From: Ostrea edulis
Lineage: Eukaryota
NCBI RefSeq assembly: GCF_947568905.1
Contig: NC_079172.1
Location: 35,712,001 to 35,776,000 of the forward strand
Length of the DNA: 64,000 nucleotides
Reading direction: 5' to 3'
Both the position numbers and the translations under genes were made by a program. The notes under the pieces are model-generated. The model ran no database searches and had not been told where the DNA came from. It saw only the letters and a list, made by a program, of their open reading frames with translations. Below, piece by piece: positions 24,779-37,500 of the stretch; position 1 is the stretch's first letter, and each line of letters starts with the position of its first letter.

Positions 24779-25572
24779 TTGTCGTTAAAATAGCTTTGCC
24801 TAAAATAACTGCATTATATAGTGCCAGTTTATGATGTCCATTCAATGAAATTTAAAATCCTTTTTGAATTTCAAATGTCGAATATCACTTTAATGTTCAT
24901 CATATATATATGCACATGTAGTAGACGGTTTAGGATATTCTTTGTTATCAGTAACATTTACCATATGTATCAGTCGAAAACAACTTTTAAAAATTCGTAG
25001 AATGAATGTAAAGTCAGTCCTTGTACACACGGTTGGCATAAAACACTTTGGAAAATAATTTTGTAAAAAAATTTTATATTGGAAATTTACAAGAAACCCC
25101 GATTTCAATGGAATAATCCAGGAGCTTCCGGGGGCTTCGCCCCCTGAGTTATCATTGATCAGGACTTTGCCTTAAACCCACTGGGGGCCTCAAGGCGGCC
25201 CTCAGACCCCTCGCCATAATTTGCGTACACTTCATTTTCTTTCTGGCTACGCGCCTGCGGAGAATTTACTTTACATGGATACCCACCTCGGTGCATGCCA
25301 ACTCGGGGTTGTACTCATTGTACTCATAATTAACCCGCGGAACAAAATCTCACAGCGCGTGACATTGGCAAGTGAAATGGAAGAGCGGCATAGGCACCGG
25401 AAGTGTGGATAGCTTGTATACTAGTAGATATTATGTACATACCCCCCCCCCCCCACACACTTCTAAAAAGAAATTATTTTTATACAGAACCAATAATTTA
25501 TCTGAAATATATTATTTCCTCATAAGTCGTTCTTATTAACTCTTGAATTTCTATTAGAACACAGCGCGATAT

Positions 25573-25612
<40 letters not shown>

Positions 25613-26599
25613 ATAATCGTATGATAACACATATGAAAATCAATAATATCAATCTGACTTTGGTTTTGGGACATATATTTTCTATAAGATAATTTCTTAT
25701 TGTGGTATTTATTTCCTTACAATATTTTTTTTCATGAATTGATTGTTTTCCTGTTTTGGAAAACTTTGAAGATAAAACAATATTATGTCATCAATTTTAT
25801 GACAAACAAAGTAATGTGTAACTTTTGTTGCGTTTACGACGATAGGTGATATCGTTTTCAGCCATAGCGTTTAAAACAGATCAGATGAAAGATGAAACCA
25901 CATAATTTTTAGGTAAAAAACGTAAAATCTGGCCTACTGGATTTTTAAAATATTCCATGCATTACGCAATATTTAGTGGGCTTGGCATTGCAAAAAATAA
26001 AATGTAAACAAAACATCCCATAATTCAACTCATTTCCTGCCCAGTTTCCATGGTTTTGGTCTCAGTATCTGTCTCAAGTTAGAAAATGCTAAATGAGCTA
26101 AAACTAGCTTTATGGCACACCAAAAGTGAGACGGTCTAAGTTGAGTTTAAAAAGTGAGATTTTTTTTATAATCTCAAAAGTGAGCTAGCTAAGTTTTATG
26201 GCCCCGGAGCTGAATGGTCAGTTTCAACCTCCTGTAAGCTCTAGAGCCACTTGAGAGATGCTAATATATGTAGGTGTGCAACAAATCATGTAAACAGGGG
26301 GCTACCTGCTTCGAGACCGATTCATGGGGTATAAACCAACTTTATCGAAGGAATTTCTGCGAATATAGTTCTATAGATGACAATACATCATACATAAATA
26401 TATTTCTATATCATGTTATTTGATATTTTAAAAACGGCTTACGAGATCAGAATTTCTTTCTCTTCTGAGTTGAGTAGCCAAAATAGATTTTGTTCATTAT
26501 CTAAGCAGAAAAATTTGGATATTTTTTCAATAAATTGAAATATTTCTTTTCTTTCGTTATCATATTTTTCACATGTTATAAAAAAATGCAGTTCTTTTT

Positions 26600-26770
26600 A
26601 AATAGTATTAAATTTGCATTTAGTGCCTATTCGGTCCCTTCTGGGGGTATTGGTAAACCTACCCATTTCGATTTTGAACCCGTGAGAAGAAAGTCTTATT
26701 TTGCACACTGATCTTCTGTGATAATTTCTAACTATTATACCTGCGCGACTCGACTGCCACGTCCCTCTGT
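26600..26770 (-). mobile_element. Non-LTR retrotransposon ORF2 C-terminal relic
   Basis: RRSVCKIRLSSHGFKIEMGRFTNTPRRDR resembles the R..K.RLSSH.L.IE.GR..NIPR..R.C motif downstream of LINE RT domains. Confidence 0.6.
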
Positions 26771-26876
26771 ACAATAAATTCCCTAAAAACGAAAAATATG
26801 ACACGTAATTTATGTATAATTGCAAACCATGAATTCTTTTGTGTCAACATTTTTTTTTTTCTACATTCATATGCAT

Positions 26877-27017
26877 CATTGAAACCTTCCCAACTCAGAT
26901 AGTACTGCAAACTTTGTACTTTTCATTGAAACCTTCCCAACTCAGATAGTACTGCAAACTTTGTACTTTTCATTGAAACCTTCCCAACTCAGATAGTACT
27001 GCAAACTTTGTACTTTT
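26877..27017. repeat. 47-bp tandem triplication
   Basis: cattgaaaccttcccaactcagatagtactgcaaactttgtactttt x3. Confidence 0.9.
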
Positions 27018-27691
27018 TTGTGAACAAGGATATATTTACAATTAATATGTGAGGTGGATTTCTCACACGGTAAATTTTTACAGCAGTTTCAACATGATAA
27101 ACTCGATCTTAACAAAAGTATTTTAAACTGATTTATACGCATGCTACTTTGGAGAGGGTGGAGGCAAACTATTATTATATATATATAAAACACAGTATTA
27201 CACACACAGTTCTCAAAGTAAAAGACTAATTTCACAGGACCAATGTATCCGTAAAATAAGATAAAATATACTATAAAGGTATTAACGTTTTTTATTTTTA
27301 CTTTCTCTAATATGCACTGACCAGCAAATGGTCACAAAGGACGATAACCCAAACAGTGCTGTGAAAACATGTGTAATGGATTATCTCTCCACTCTCTCGA
27401 CACATGTGGGTTATCTTTCTTTAAAGTTAACCGCATGTAGATGTGTATGTATTGAACGTCTGTACACAGTTAAAATTGAAAATCTATATCTAATATACAA
27501 GATGATAAAAATTCGATTAAACAATAATTAGAAAACACATATTAATAATATTTTAAAATCATAATATTTTGAATTTATTGGTAAATAAAAGAAAATTACA
27601 AGACTCATTTCTCTTGAATGAAAATATTCACAAGTTTTAATCAGTTAATAACAAGTATCCTATTTAAACATTAATAGAACAGTTATTAATT

Positions 27692-27913
27692 AAGATCATA
27701 CTCTTAGGGATCATTTCTATAGTATGTATCGCCGGGACACCAGGTAAAACTGTGTGGACCAGAAACCACGACGATGAGTCAGAGTGGCCTCTTCTGAGCG
27801 TGAAGCGGGCGAGGGCTGCTGGGCTTCACCGCCCAGCTCGGCCCTCGTCATTGATGACCGTTCCTCTCTCCCTTAAGTGGTGAGTTGGAGGAAGGGGTCA
27901 CATTCTGAGTGGT
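27692..27913 (+). ncRNA. U3: U3 snoRNA
   Basis: 5' AAGATCATACT (box A'), GGATCATTTCTATAG (box A), ACCACGACGATGA (terminal stem + C'), TGAGCGTGAAG (box B), TTGATGACCG (box C), TCTGAGTGGT (box D + stem); 222 nt; motif order and spacing match metazoan U3. Confidence 0.93.
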
Positions 27914-28708
27914 TTCAAAAAACTCTTAAAAAGAAATAGTAGCACACAATACAATTACTACTACTTTAATAGGGTCACGAAAAAGTGGTGGGAGGATTTA
28001 TTTTTTAATATTTATTTTTTGAGAAAAATATTAAAGACCACCACTTTTTTTTTCAGCAGAAGTGCATCATTTAATGCTAGATGGATACATGTATCAACCT
28101 ATGCTATTTTCACAGACAAATTCTAGTTTAAGCTCACCCAACTTCTTCAAGATTTATGCCTGTAAGAGCACGAGAAATTAAGAAAACCATATAGATTTCT
28201 CTTCATGTGGCTTTTCACGTTGCTATACCGGAAATGTAGTTGGACATGAAAATTTTCCGGAAATCTCAAGTTTCGCAAAATAAAAAAAATTCGGGGGGGG
28301 GGGGGGGGGGGGGGGGGGGAGTTGCATTGGCCTTAACTCGAAATTTATAATCTAAATCATTAAAAACTAAGTACTATTATACAATGCATAATAGTACTTA
28401 GTTTTTAATGATAACCAGAGTTGTTGGCTCCCCCTATTTTGACAATGTGAACTGCCTGCCCCCTCCCTTTTTATACAGTGAATGAGAATGCGACGCGTTG
28501 TGCCCCCCCCCCCCCCCCCCCCCTAAATTGAAGCTTGGGGAAATTATTTTTGGCAGCATTATATAAATTGATGAAGACACTATTATCCATCCTCCCTTCT
28601 CCAAAAATTTAGGTCTCTATTTTTTGCTAGTCTAGAAAATTTCAATCAGACGTTCTCCTCCGGCATCTTCACAAGTCAAGGGTTATTAATCGTTACCTCG
28701 TACTTTTA

Positions 28709-29047
28709 GGAGGTATGCTACACCAGAGAAATTTAATATGGATGAAAAGTGGGGGATATGTACAATATTTTGATATTGGAAATTTCAATATTTACTTTAT
28801 TTAGTCAAAAAACGCAGTTTTAGTCGAAAGCAATTTGGAAAAAAATTCAAAACTCCTACCCGCGATCTACATTTCAGCAGTCGACGTGCTGTTTTTGTTT
28901 TTTCATCTTTTATTTCGACATGCTTACCTACCGAGCTACTCAGCTAGACGATAACCTTTTAAATGAATAGACAAATATTGCTAATATATATATTTTCATT
29001 TATGTTTTAGAAGGAAGTCAGCCATTATGACGACGTAGAGAACATCC
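28709..29047. mobile_element. TTAA-type MITE with GGAGGTA termini and a tRNA-like core; cleaner copy at 44978-45286
   Basis: ggaggtatgctaca..gtagagaacatcc|ttaa; same family in opposite orientation at 44978-45286. Confidence 0.7.
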
Positions 29048-29128
29048 TTAATAGTGCAAGGTTACTAATCAAGATCCCAAAGTATCAGGATTACGGGAAT
29101 GCACATACATCAGTGACGTCTCCATTAA

Positions 29129-29441
29129 GGTGGCTCACTACACCCAGAAATAGATTCTCAAATCAGTAATTACAAAAGATATGATGATATACAGTAAGTA
29201 TATACACTGTATGCCAAAACATTTATAAATCTGGATAAAAGCATGATTTCAAAAAAATTATTTCAACACACTCTGAGGGATTTGAACTCGAGATCTGCGG
29301 TTCACCAGCCCAATGTTTTAACCAACGAGCTACGATGATATACAAAGAAATCAATCCATACAAATAATTTAACAAACCATTTTCACCATCTTGTGACGTG
29401 GTGCCATACAGAGTATAAGCTAAATAGTGCAGTGAGCTACC
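29129..29441. mobile_element. TTAA-flanked MITE with GGT(G/A)GCTCAC TIRs and a tRNA-like core
   Basis: ttaa|ggtggctcac..gtgagctacc|ttaa; minus-strand tagctcgttgg (A box) and gagttcaaatccc (B box) at 29274-29333. Confidence 0.72.
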
Positions 29442-29488
29442 TTAAACAAAGCATTCTCGGATATCCCAGGACGTGCGACAACAAACAA

Positions 29489-30143
29489 AACAAGAGGCCC
29501 AGGGGCCTTATAGGTCACCTGAGTATCATGTAACAACCTTCCAATGTTTGAATTAGGTTTGTGTTTAAATATAAGAATTTTACTTTTGGATGGAAGAAAC
29601 ATTGAATAGCTATGTGGTCATGAAGTACATGTGTCATTTTTATGTTCAATCAATAATCCTTTTTAAAAAACCTAGGTCCGAGACATCATAAAGAAAAGGG
29701 TTATTTACTCCTTAGATAAAACCAATATAAGAAGATTTTCAAAGAATTTCTACATTTTCACTATATGACCAATAGAGCCCCACCCTAACACAAGAACCCC
29801 TGCCCCAGGGGCCATGAATTTCACAATTTTGGTAGAGGGCTCAACGCTCATTATAATTATGCCCACAGTTTGGCTTCTTGATGTCCAGGAGTAAAGAAGA
29901 TTTTTTAAAATTACACTCATTTTTATGGTTTTTGCCCCACCCCTCAGGCCCCAGGGGGGCAGGGACCACGAATTTCACAATTTTTGTTCCCCTCCACCCA
30001 CAGATGCTATATGCCAAAATTGGTTGAAATTGGTTCAGGGGTTTCAGAGAAGAAGCTGAAAATGTTCAAATGTTAACGCAGCACGATGACGGACAAAAAC
30101 AGATAGCAATAGGTCACTTAAATGATTCAGGTGACCTAATAAA
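29489..30143 (+). mobile_element. HINE/pearl-like non-autonomous element
   Basis: aacaagaggccc..ataggtcacctgag start; gacgacggac..ataggtcac..tcaggtgacctaataaa end with sub-terminal inverted repeats. Similar elements at ~42300-42830, 46313-47035, 47400-47800, 49770-50210, 53050-53740, 54300-55450, 55960-56470, 59180-59980. Confidence 0.65.
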
Positions 30144-31304
30144 TATATCCACTGATCTGTGCAGTGGTTGTTAGTATGGTAACCATTAAATACTTGACAT
30201 CGCATTTTCGGGCGCGGGCCTTTCCGGCAAGCGAAAAATGGCAAGCTTGCCAGAGACCCAAGGGGCTGCGAATGTTACCGCAGACTTGTGTTCGTGACTG
30301 ATCATACGAGGTACACATTTTACTTTTATACATCAGTCTACCCCTAAATTGGAACGATCCTATATAGATTTACAAAACTAAATGAGGAGCACCTATTGGG
30401 AATAGAATAAAATTACTAGACGCCGATAAAAAGAAAAACGTCAATAGTTTTTCAAACATTTTATTGTTTTCCAAAAATAATCATTAAATAAAATGAACAA
30501 TAAAACAATTTAAAAAAAATCATGTAAACACAATGTATAACTGTAGAAAAACTATGAATGATGACGTATGTCTAAATGTAGCACAAGGCAAGACTTTTAC
30601 GTTTTCAACTCTTTCATTTTCTGATTGACAAAATGTAACACATCTAATGTTACAGGAATTCTCCACTTTTATTCAGCCAATGAACCAAAAATTAACAAAC
30701 TGGGCTAATAAAATCTTATTCTGTTGTTTTTGTTTCATTCCTTATATTCTTGTGGAATACATTCTTTAAAAACAAGTCATTTCATTATTTTTTCTTATTC
30801 TTCTGCAAATTCATTTTTTAAAACAAATTAAAAATGGCATTCACAACTTGGCTGGGATTCATTTGCCAAGTACTGATCTAATACAGAACAGAAAGTCTAG
30901 ATTTTTACAGATACACTTTGTAATAAAAAACTTTCATAGGTTTTCACGATGAGATTCTTGCACAAAACCAAAGATTTCAGAAACAGTGTCGAAAAGCTTA
31001 TTGAATTCATTTTATTGATAAAACATAGAGAATAAACAGTCCATAGAGAGTTGATATAAAAGTCTTGATTGACTGGACATACTGGTATAAATATGATTAT
31101 CACAGATCCAAGCTGTCGACATTTCACAGGACATGAACACAGAGGGATTCCCAAATTAAAAATCTCTAACATCTTTTCATTCAAACCTCTCATTACACTC
31201 ACATCATACAGCAATTTAATCACCCCCTCCCCCACTTTCGTTTCACTGTCCTTGGAAGAATATGTCACAATTGCTTTAGAGTGTTTCGTGCACTTGACTT
31301 AATA

Positions 31305-31501
31305 TCATCTGGTTTCCATGGTGAGGCTGTTGCGTTTCCTGCCCTCCACTTGTATCATTGAAGTCTGAAACTGTTCCAACATTTGTATTAGCACCTTTTT
31401 CTTGAAGCGTTCAGCTTCGCGTATGACGTCTTTGACAAAAGCACACTTGAGTTGTACATTTCCCTGAATTGAATTCAGCTGGTGGAACAAGGTATCATAA
31501 T
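31305..31501 (-). CDS. INTS6: INTS6 exon 18 (last coding exon)
   Basis: YDTLFHQLNSIQGNVQLK..EAERFKKKVLIQMLEQF..METR*. Confidence 0.92.
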
Positions 31502-34500
31502 CTGAAAGACATTGAAAACATAGCATAAAATTAATTCAGCTGGTGGAAATAAAGTATCGTAATCTAAAAGAAATAAAGGACTTTACATAAAATGCACTAC
31601 AGACAAGAAATTCATTTAAAATAACAAGCAAGAAAAAACTCTAAATTTTGAATCCAACTAACTTTTGAAATGATTTTCACAAATACAATTTTCAGTAAAT
31701 GTTTGTATTTAATTTCTTTATAAACCAGCATTTCTTTTTAAACATCTGCGCTATATAGATCTTAAGGTATAAGTAATCAAAATTTTGACATAAGTTTATT
31801 CTCAGTTTATGGTCTCGAGACCTGGTTTTAATCAAATTGATCTTTTCATGGCGTCCAAAAAGTTGTGGTGAAATGAATGAACAAATGCAAGCACGGACAT
31901 CTTAATACATGCAGGTCTCTTGCAAGTGAAATTTTGCTGCAACGGGACAATACATTTATTGTAAGTTCCAAAATCTATGAAGAAAAGTTTCCGAGGACTT
32001 ACTTCTGCCAGGTTTTTTGAGCTCCTTGAACACCGAATGTTTTAAGCGGGTATTGTGAGTCCATATCAGAGAGTCCTTTTTACTGTTATGAACACCCCTC
32101 TGTCGTGAATTCACAGAATTATACAACAGCTGCTCTTCCATTTGGCTCCCCGGGACATTGTTTTCCTTGATATGATTTTTCCGCGAATCGTCTTGTTCCG
32201 GTTCAGCGATTATCAATGGCTGATCCTCATCCTCCTGCTCCGAGACGTTGTTTTCCTCGACTTCGTTATCTGTAGAGTATGAAAGAACAGTACAGCCAGG
32301 GGAGGACTTGCAGATTTACCGGCAGTTTACGGGTCGCCTCTATGGCTTAGTATTCAAAGCTTACTTCGTTATTCTATCAGTCCCTTGTGTGTGCATCATT
32401 TAATGTAAACAATTTATACTAATGCCACCATGTCTCAGTTTAAGGGTGATTTAGTACAAACACTACTGATGCCCTCGCTACGGTACACGTGTGATTTTAT
32501 TAAAAATGGCACAATTTAGATACCTAGCATTTTCTAACCTTGAGAAACCCTAGGACTTTTATGATTAAAGGACACTGAGACTTCTTCTGATACTAGTACA
32601 GTAAAACATGGTTATAGCAAACCTCCAGAGCCAGCGAAAAACAGGTCATTATAACCAAACTTCATTATACAGTAAAACATAGTTATAGTGAACCTCCAGG
32701 GTCAGTCAAAAATAGTTCATTATAACCAAACTTCATTATACAGTAAAACATGGTTATAACAAACCTCCAGTGCCAGCAAAAAACAGGTCATTATAGCCAA
32801 ACTTAGTTATGCCCAGTAAATGTTTTTGTTATTTTCCTCTCATTGAGGAATAAGTATCACTTTGCAGTATGTGTAAATTTATTATAAGTATGTTCATTAT
32901 AAGTGTAAATTACTGTAAATTGGTCCATAACTATATATTTTGCAACAAAATTCTCATACATGTACATGTATAATTAGAGGTTTCTAGTCATATCAATACT
33001 ACACACAGTCTGTGGGAAATAAGCCTCAATTATATCTATAATACACACTATCAGTGGGACCCACCGAAAATAAGCCTTAGGGCTTTCATGGGTTATCCTG
33101 CTAAAACAATGTCATACTTTTTATTCAAACAGTTTAAAAATATTTATGTTCTCTGATATTTTAAATTGTTATTTTATTGATGGTGTTAATTACATGTACA
33201 GTATAATCTGTCTAAACTGGATATGTGTGGTTCCAAAGAAATTGGCCGGTTTGCACAGAGTCCGGAGTGCAGAATGTTGACAAGAATGAGAGTTGCTTCC
33301 CTTGTATTCACTATCTATGCATACGTGTGTAATGATTGCTAACGTTTTAATATATCACAAAAGAATTCAAAATGTAAAATATAAATATCAGTGTTTTATT
33401 GACGTGTTCATTTGAAAAAGTTTCAATTTTTATTAAACAGTTTAAAATCTGGGAATTATTCGCGCAATTTTCTGTTGGTAAATTGTCGATTTCGTCTACA
33501 TCATCGCCGTTATCAAGTGCTACATTATGTACGTTCGTCAAGTTTGTGTTGTGTTCGTTTAAAATTTGTCTTTCCCAGCTTTCATTGTAAATGTATCGCT
33601 TTCAACTGTCTCAATTTGTGAAACGGAAACTAATACAATGCCGAGTGATCGACCGGACATTGCGAGTTATGCTAACTAACTGCATATCATCACTGTCTGA
33701 CTTGCCGTAGAGCTCCGAGAAGTCCACGAGGGGAAACCCTACTTTTAAAAAACATAACGGAATTGTTGCCGATTTTGCTTCATTCCAAGAATGTATCGAA
33801 TCCATCGATTAATTGAATTTTGTCTTTTAATGTCAGTTCTCGTCTCTGTTGTTAGGGGGAGGGCGCCATTACCTCGAGCGTGGTGCTGTCATAATTGAAA
33901 AGTGCACCCCATAAAAATCGGGTTTTATTTTAAACTGATCGCGACTCATCGCCAGTTGCACTCTTTTACTTACCTGTGGCTTCTCTTGAGACACCTTTTG
34001 TGTACACCGCGTGTGATCGACCGAATACCGACAGGTTGGTCATCGTGGGGTGGCTGGTTTAAATGCGATAATTAGAGCTAATTACGAGCAGTTGGGACCT
34101 TGTGTACACCGAATACAATTGACCACAACCTTTAGGGTGGTGTATCATCGAGGGGCCGGTTTACACAGGATAATTAAAGTTAATTGATAGCAGTTGGGAC
34201 TGTGTGAGCCGGCCGATATACAGAATACGCAGTATCCGGAGTACAGGGAATTATTAATAAAGGATTTGTTAAAGAAATGTTAGGGACTATATTTTATGGC
34301 CGGAATTGACAGAGCGCCGGAGTACTCAGAGGCCGGTTTGGACAAATTATACTGTATATAAAAGTTTGTTTAATGTTATAAACGACTGTAAAAATTGTAT
34401 TATATATTTGACATTGTATACCAAATAAATCTAACTTTGACTTTGTGAGTGGAGGTCTTTATAGTAAACAAACCTGGAGGTTCAGGGTCCACATTAAATT

Positions 34501-37500
34501 CTGCCTCCATCATCTGGTCAGGCACCGGAGACGAGGGCGGGGAGGGTGTGGGGGTCCTACTGAACACATAATCCTTTGGGATGGGTCCTGCATAAAAGGA
34601 ATATACAAATTTATATTGCAAGTTCTACATGACATTTGTACTGTCACATGTTGAAATCATAGAGAAGATATCGTATTTTAGAATAATCCCATAATCTAAA
34701 CATGTTCTATTGAATCCCATAATCTGAACATGTTCTACTGAACCCAATAATAAAACCCGTTCTACCATATCCCATAATCTGAACATGTTCTACCAAATCC
34801 CATAATCTAAACCCTGTCTACTGAATCCCATAATCTGAACATGTTCTACCGAATCCCATAACCAGAACATGTTCCACTGAATCCCATAACCTGAATCTGT
34901 TCTATAATCCCATAACCTGAACCCATTCTATAGAATCCCATAACCTGAGCCTGTTCTATAGAGTCCCACTTGAGCATGTTCTATAGAATTCCATAATCTG
35001 ATTTCGTTCTATTGATACTGACCAACTTTACGCCTTTTGGGACCAGGGGGAGGAGTTTCTAAACTTCGACGTTTGGACGGTTTGTCTATTGTGGGGTCAT
35101 CTGCCTCATCAACCATATTCATCTGAAGAAACAAAATTAACATAGATACATAATGCAAATGATGTGTGATACAAGCAATGTGTGTGTGGATATTACAAGG
35201 TGTGTGTGTATGTGTGTGATGTAACAAAGTGTGAGTGTGTGCTTGTGTGTGATGGTACAAGTGGTGAGGTTACAAGGTGTGTGTGTGTGTGATGGTACAA
35301 GTTACGTAGGGAGGTTACAAGGTGTGTGTGTGTGTGATGGTACAAGTTAAGTGGTGAGGTTACAAGGTGTGTGTGTGTGTGATGGTACAAGTTACGTAGG
35401 GAGGTTACAAGGTGTGTCTGTGTGTGATGGTACAAGTTAAGTGGTGAGGTTACAAGGTGTGTGAGTGTGTGATGGTACAAGTTACGTAGGGAGGTTACAA
35501 GGTGTGTGTGTGATGGTACAAGTTACGTAGGGAGGTTACAAGGTGTGTGTGTGTGTGTGATGGTACAAGTTATGTAGGGAGGTTACAAGGTGTGTGTGTG
35601 TGTGTGATGGTACAAGTTACGTAGGGAGGTTACAAGGTGTGTGTGTGTGTGATGGTACAAGTTATGTAGGGAGGTTACAAGGTGTGTGTGTGTGTGTGAT
35701 TGTACAAGTTACGTAGGGAGGTTACAAGGTGTGTGTGTGTGTGTGATGGTACAAGTTAAGTGGTGAGGTTACAAGGTGTGTGTGTGTGTGTGATGGTACA
35801 AGTTACGTAGGGAGTTTACAAGGTGTGTCTGTGTGTGATGGTACAAGTTACGCAGAGAGGTTACAAGGTGTGTGTGTGTGTGATGGTACAAGTTACGTAG
35901 GGAGGTTACAAGGTGTGTGTGTGATGGTACAAGTTACGTAGGGAGGTTACAAGGTGTGTACAGTGTTACCCTAGACTCTTCCTATTTGTAACTGTTGCAC
36001 TTGCCTTAACTTTGAATGGATTTCCGAAGGTGTGAAGCCTTGTAGGCGAGGTCTCCAGCTCCCGTAGCGGGGCTGGCTGTTTCTTCAGGTAGTCTTGGTA
36101 ATTACCCATCTGTTGAACAGGAATACTGTGTGCCTGATCTATGAACAAAGAAATTCACATCCATTGGTGATTAGAACAAGTTTCTACATCAGGCATTGAT
36201 TCATCCACCAACAAATTTATATCCATTGGTGATGAGCAACTTTACACATAATTTTCTACATCCTGTTCAGCAACTTTACACATAATTTTCTACATCCGGT
36301 ACCAATTTTTTGTTAGAAATTTATGTCTAGTGGTGAATGAAATGTTATATTCGATTCTCTACATCTGGTACCCGACTCACGAAAATCATTTTTTCTTCTT
36401 TCAGCAAGAACAATCCAAGTGTCATCTTATAATCAGATGCATAATTATACCTTCAAATGAGAGCTCACAGAAATATGTAGAGTTTGAAAATGCTTTGACA
36501 GAAACACTGCCATTTCCTACAGTTTTCAAAATACTCCATTATAAACTTTGAATGGTGACAACATTCATACCATCATCCACAAGTTTCGTCCTGTGGTAGG
36601 ATTTTTGCAAAAAATTTGATCTCATCCTGGCTATTTGGTCTATTAGGTTTTTTCGAGGTATATCGTATGGATTCCTACAAATAAAGCATGGAAGTTTTTA
36701 AACACACAGAATCAAGTGATTAGGAACACACAGAACCGGGAAAATGTATGTACAGAATCAAGTGATCTGGAACACACAGAAATGGGAAAATGTATGGCTG
36801 TCATATGAAAATTAAACTGCACATATATTTCAACTGAATAACGAATGATTAGAGGTGACAATATGCATACAGTCTATGCGAAAGATATCGGACCGTCGGA
36901 CCTGACCGATGTGCAGTGCCTCAGGTCCGATGCGGCAATTTTTATACCGGACCGGAATGTCCAATATCTCAGTGTTCGGTTTTGTGCTTTACTATTTTGC
37001 CGCGGAGTCATTTAAATGTTTGGTTTAAGTAAAAAAATATCACACAAATCCAAATACGTAAATGAATGTGATTAAAACCGCATGGACCGTCTAAAGTATC
37101 ATGCAGGAGGGATCCCTGGTATAGTATTACTAGTATAATAAATAAGATTTCCTTGGTTTTGCATTTCCAAGTGTTTCACTTTTTTACATTAGGTTTTTCG
37201 GTCTGACAAAATTTGGTTCGGTCCGGTGTGTTTATTGATTACACAGGACCGAATATCCTGTGTGGTCCAAAACACTTTCGCATAGACTGTGCATAGATGA
37301 TACATGTCTGCCACACTTGCAATTCTTAATATGCTGTAATGAAAGGTGAAGATAACGAACAGTGATCAATCTCGTAACGCCTAGATCAGGAATATAAATC
37401 AAGAGTTGAGTAAACATGGTCCACTGGATATACCAGAGGTGGGATCAGGTGCCTAGGAAGAGTAAACATGGACCACTGGGTATACCAGAGGTGGGATCAG

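Noticed and set aside
25575-25612. Long poly-G/poly-C runs (also ~28294, 28503, 47190, 52914)
   Set aside because: These are simple homopolymers with unreliable lengths in assemblies; no evidence of function.
27808-27850. GC-rich hairpin considered as a SECIS element or a coding exon
   Set aside because: It lacks the SECIS quartet and AA geometry and is explained as the U3 stem between boxes B and C.
29274-29333. tRNA gene calls here and at ~45080-45140
   Set aside because: No complete acceptor stem; the sequences are degenerate and embedded in MITEs, so they are reported as tRNA-like cores only.
33347-33541. Acidic ORF considered as an extra INTS6 exon
   Set aside because: It lies inside a TA-flanked TIR element, and exons 16 and 17 already join in phase.
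35009-35480. His/Thr-rich ORFs
   Set aside because: They are translations of the intronic minisatellite; only 35023-35122 is a real exon.
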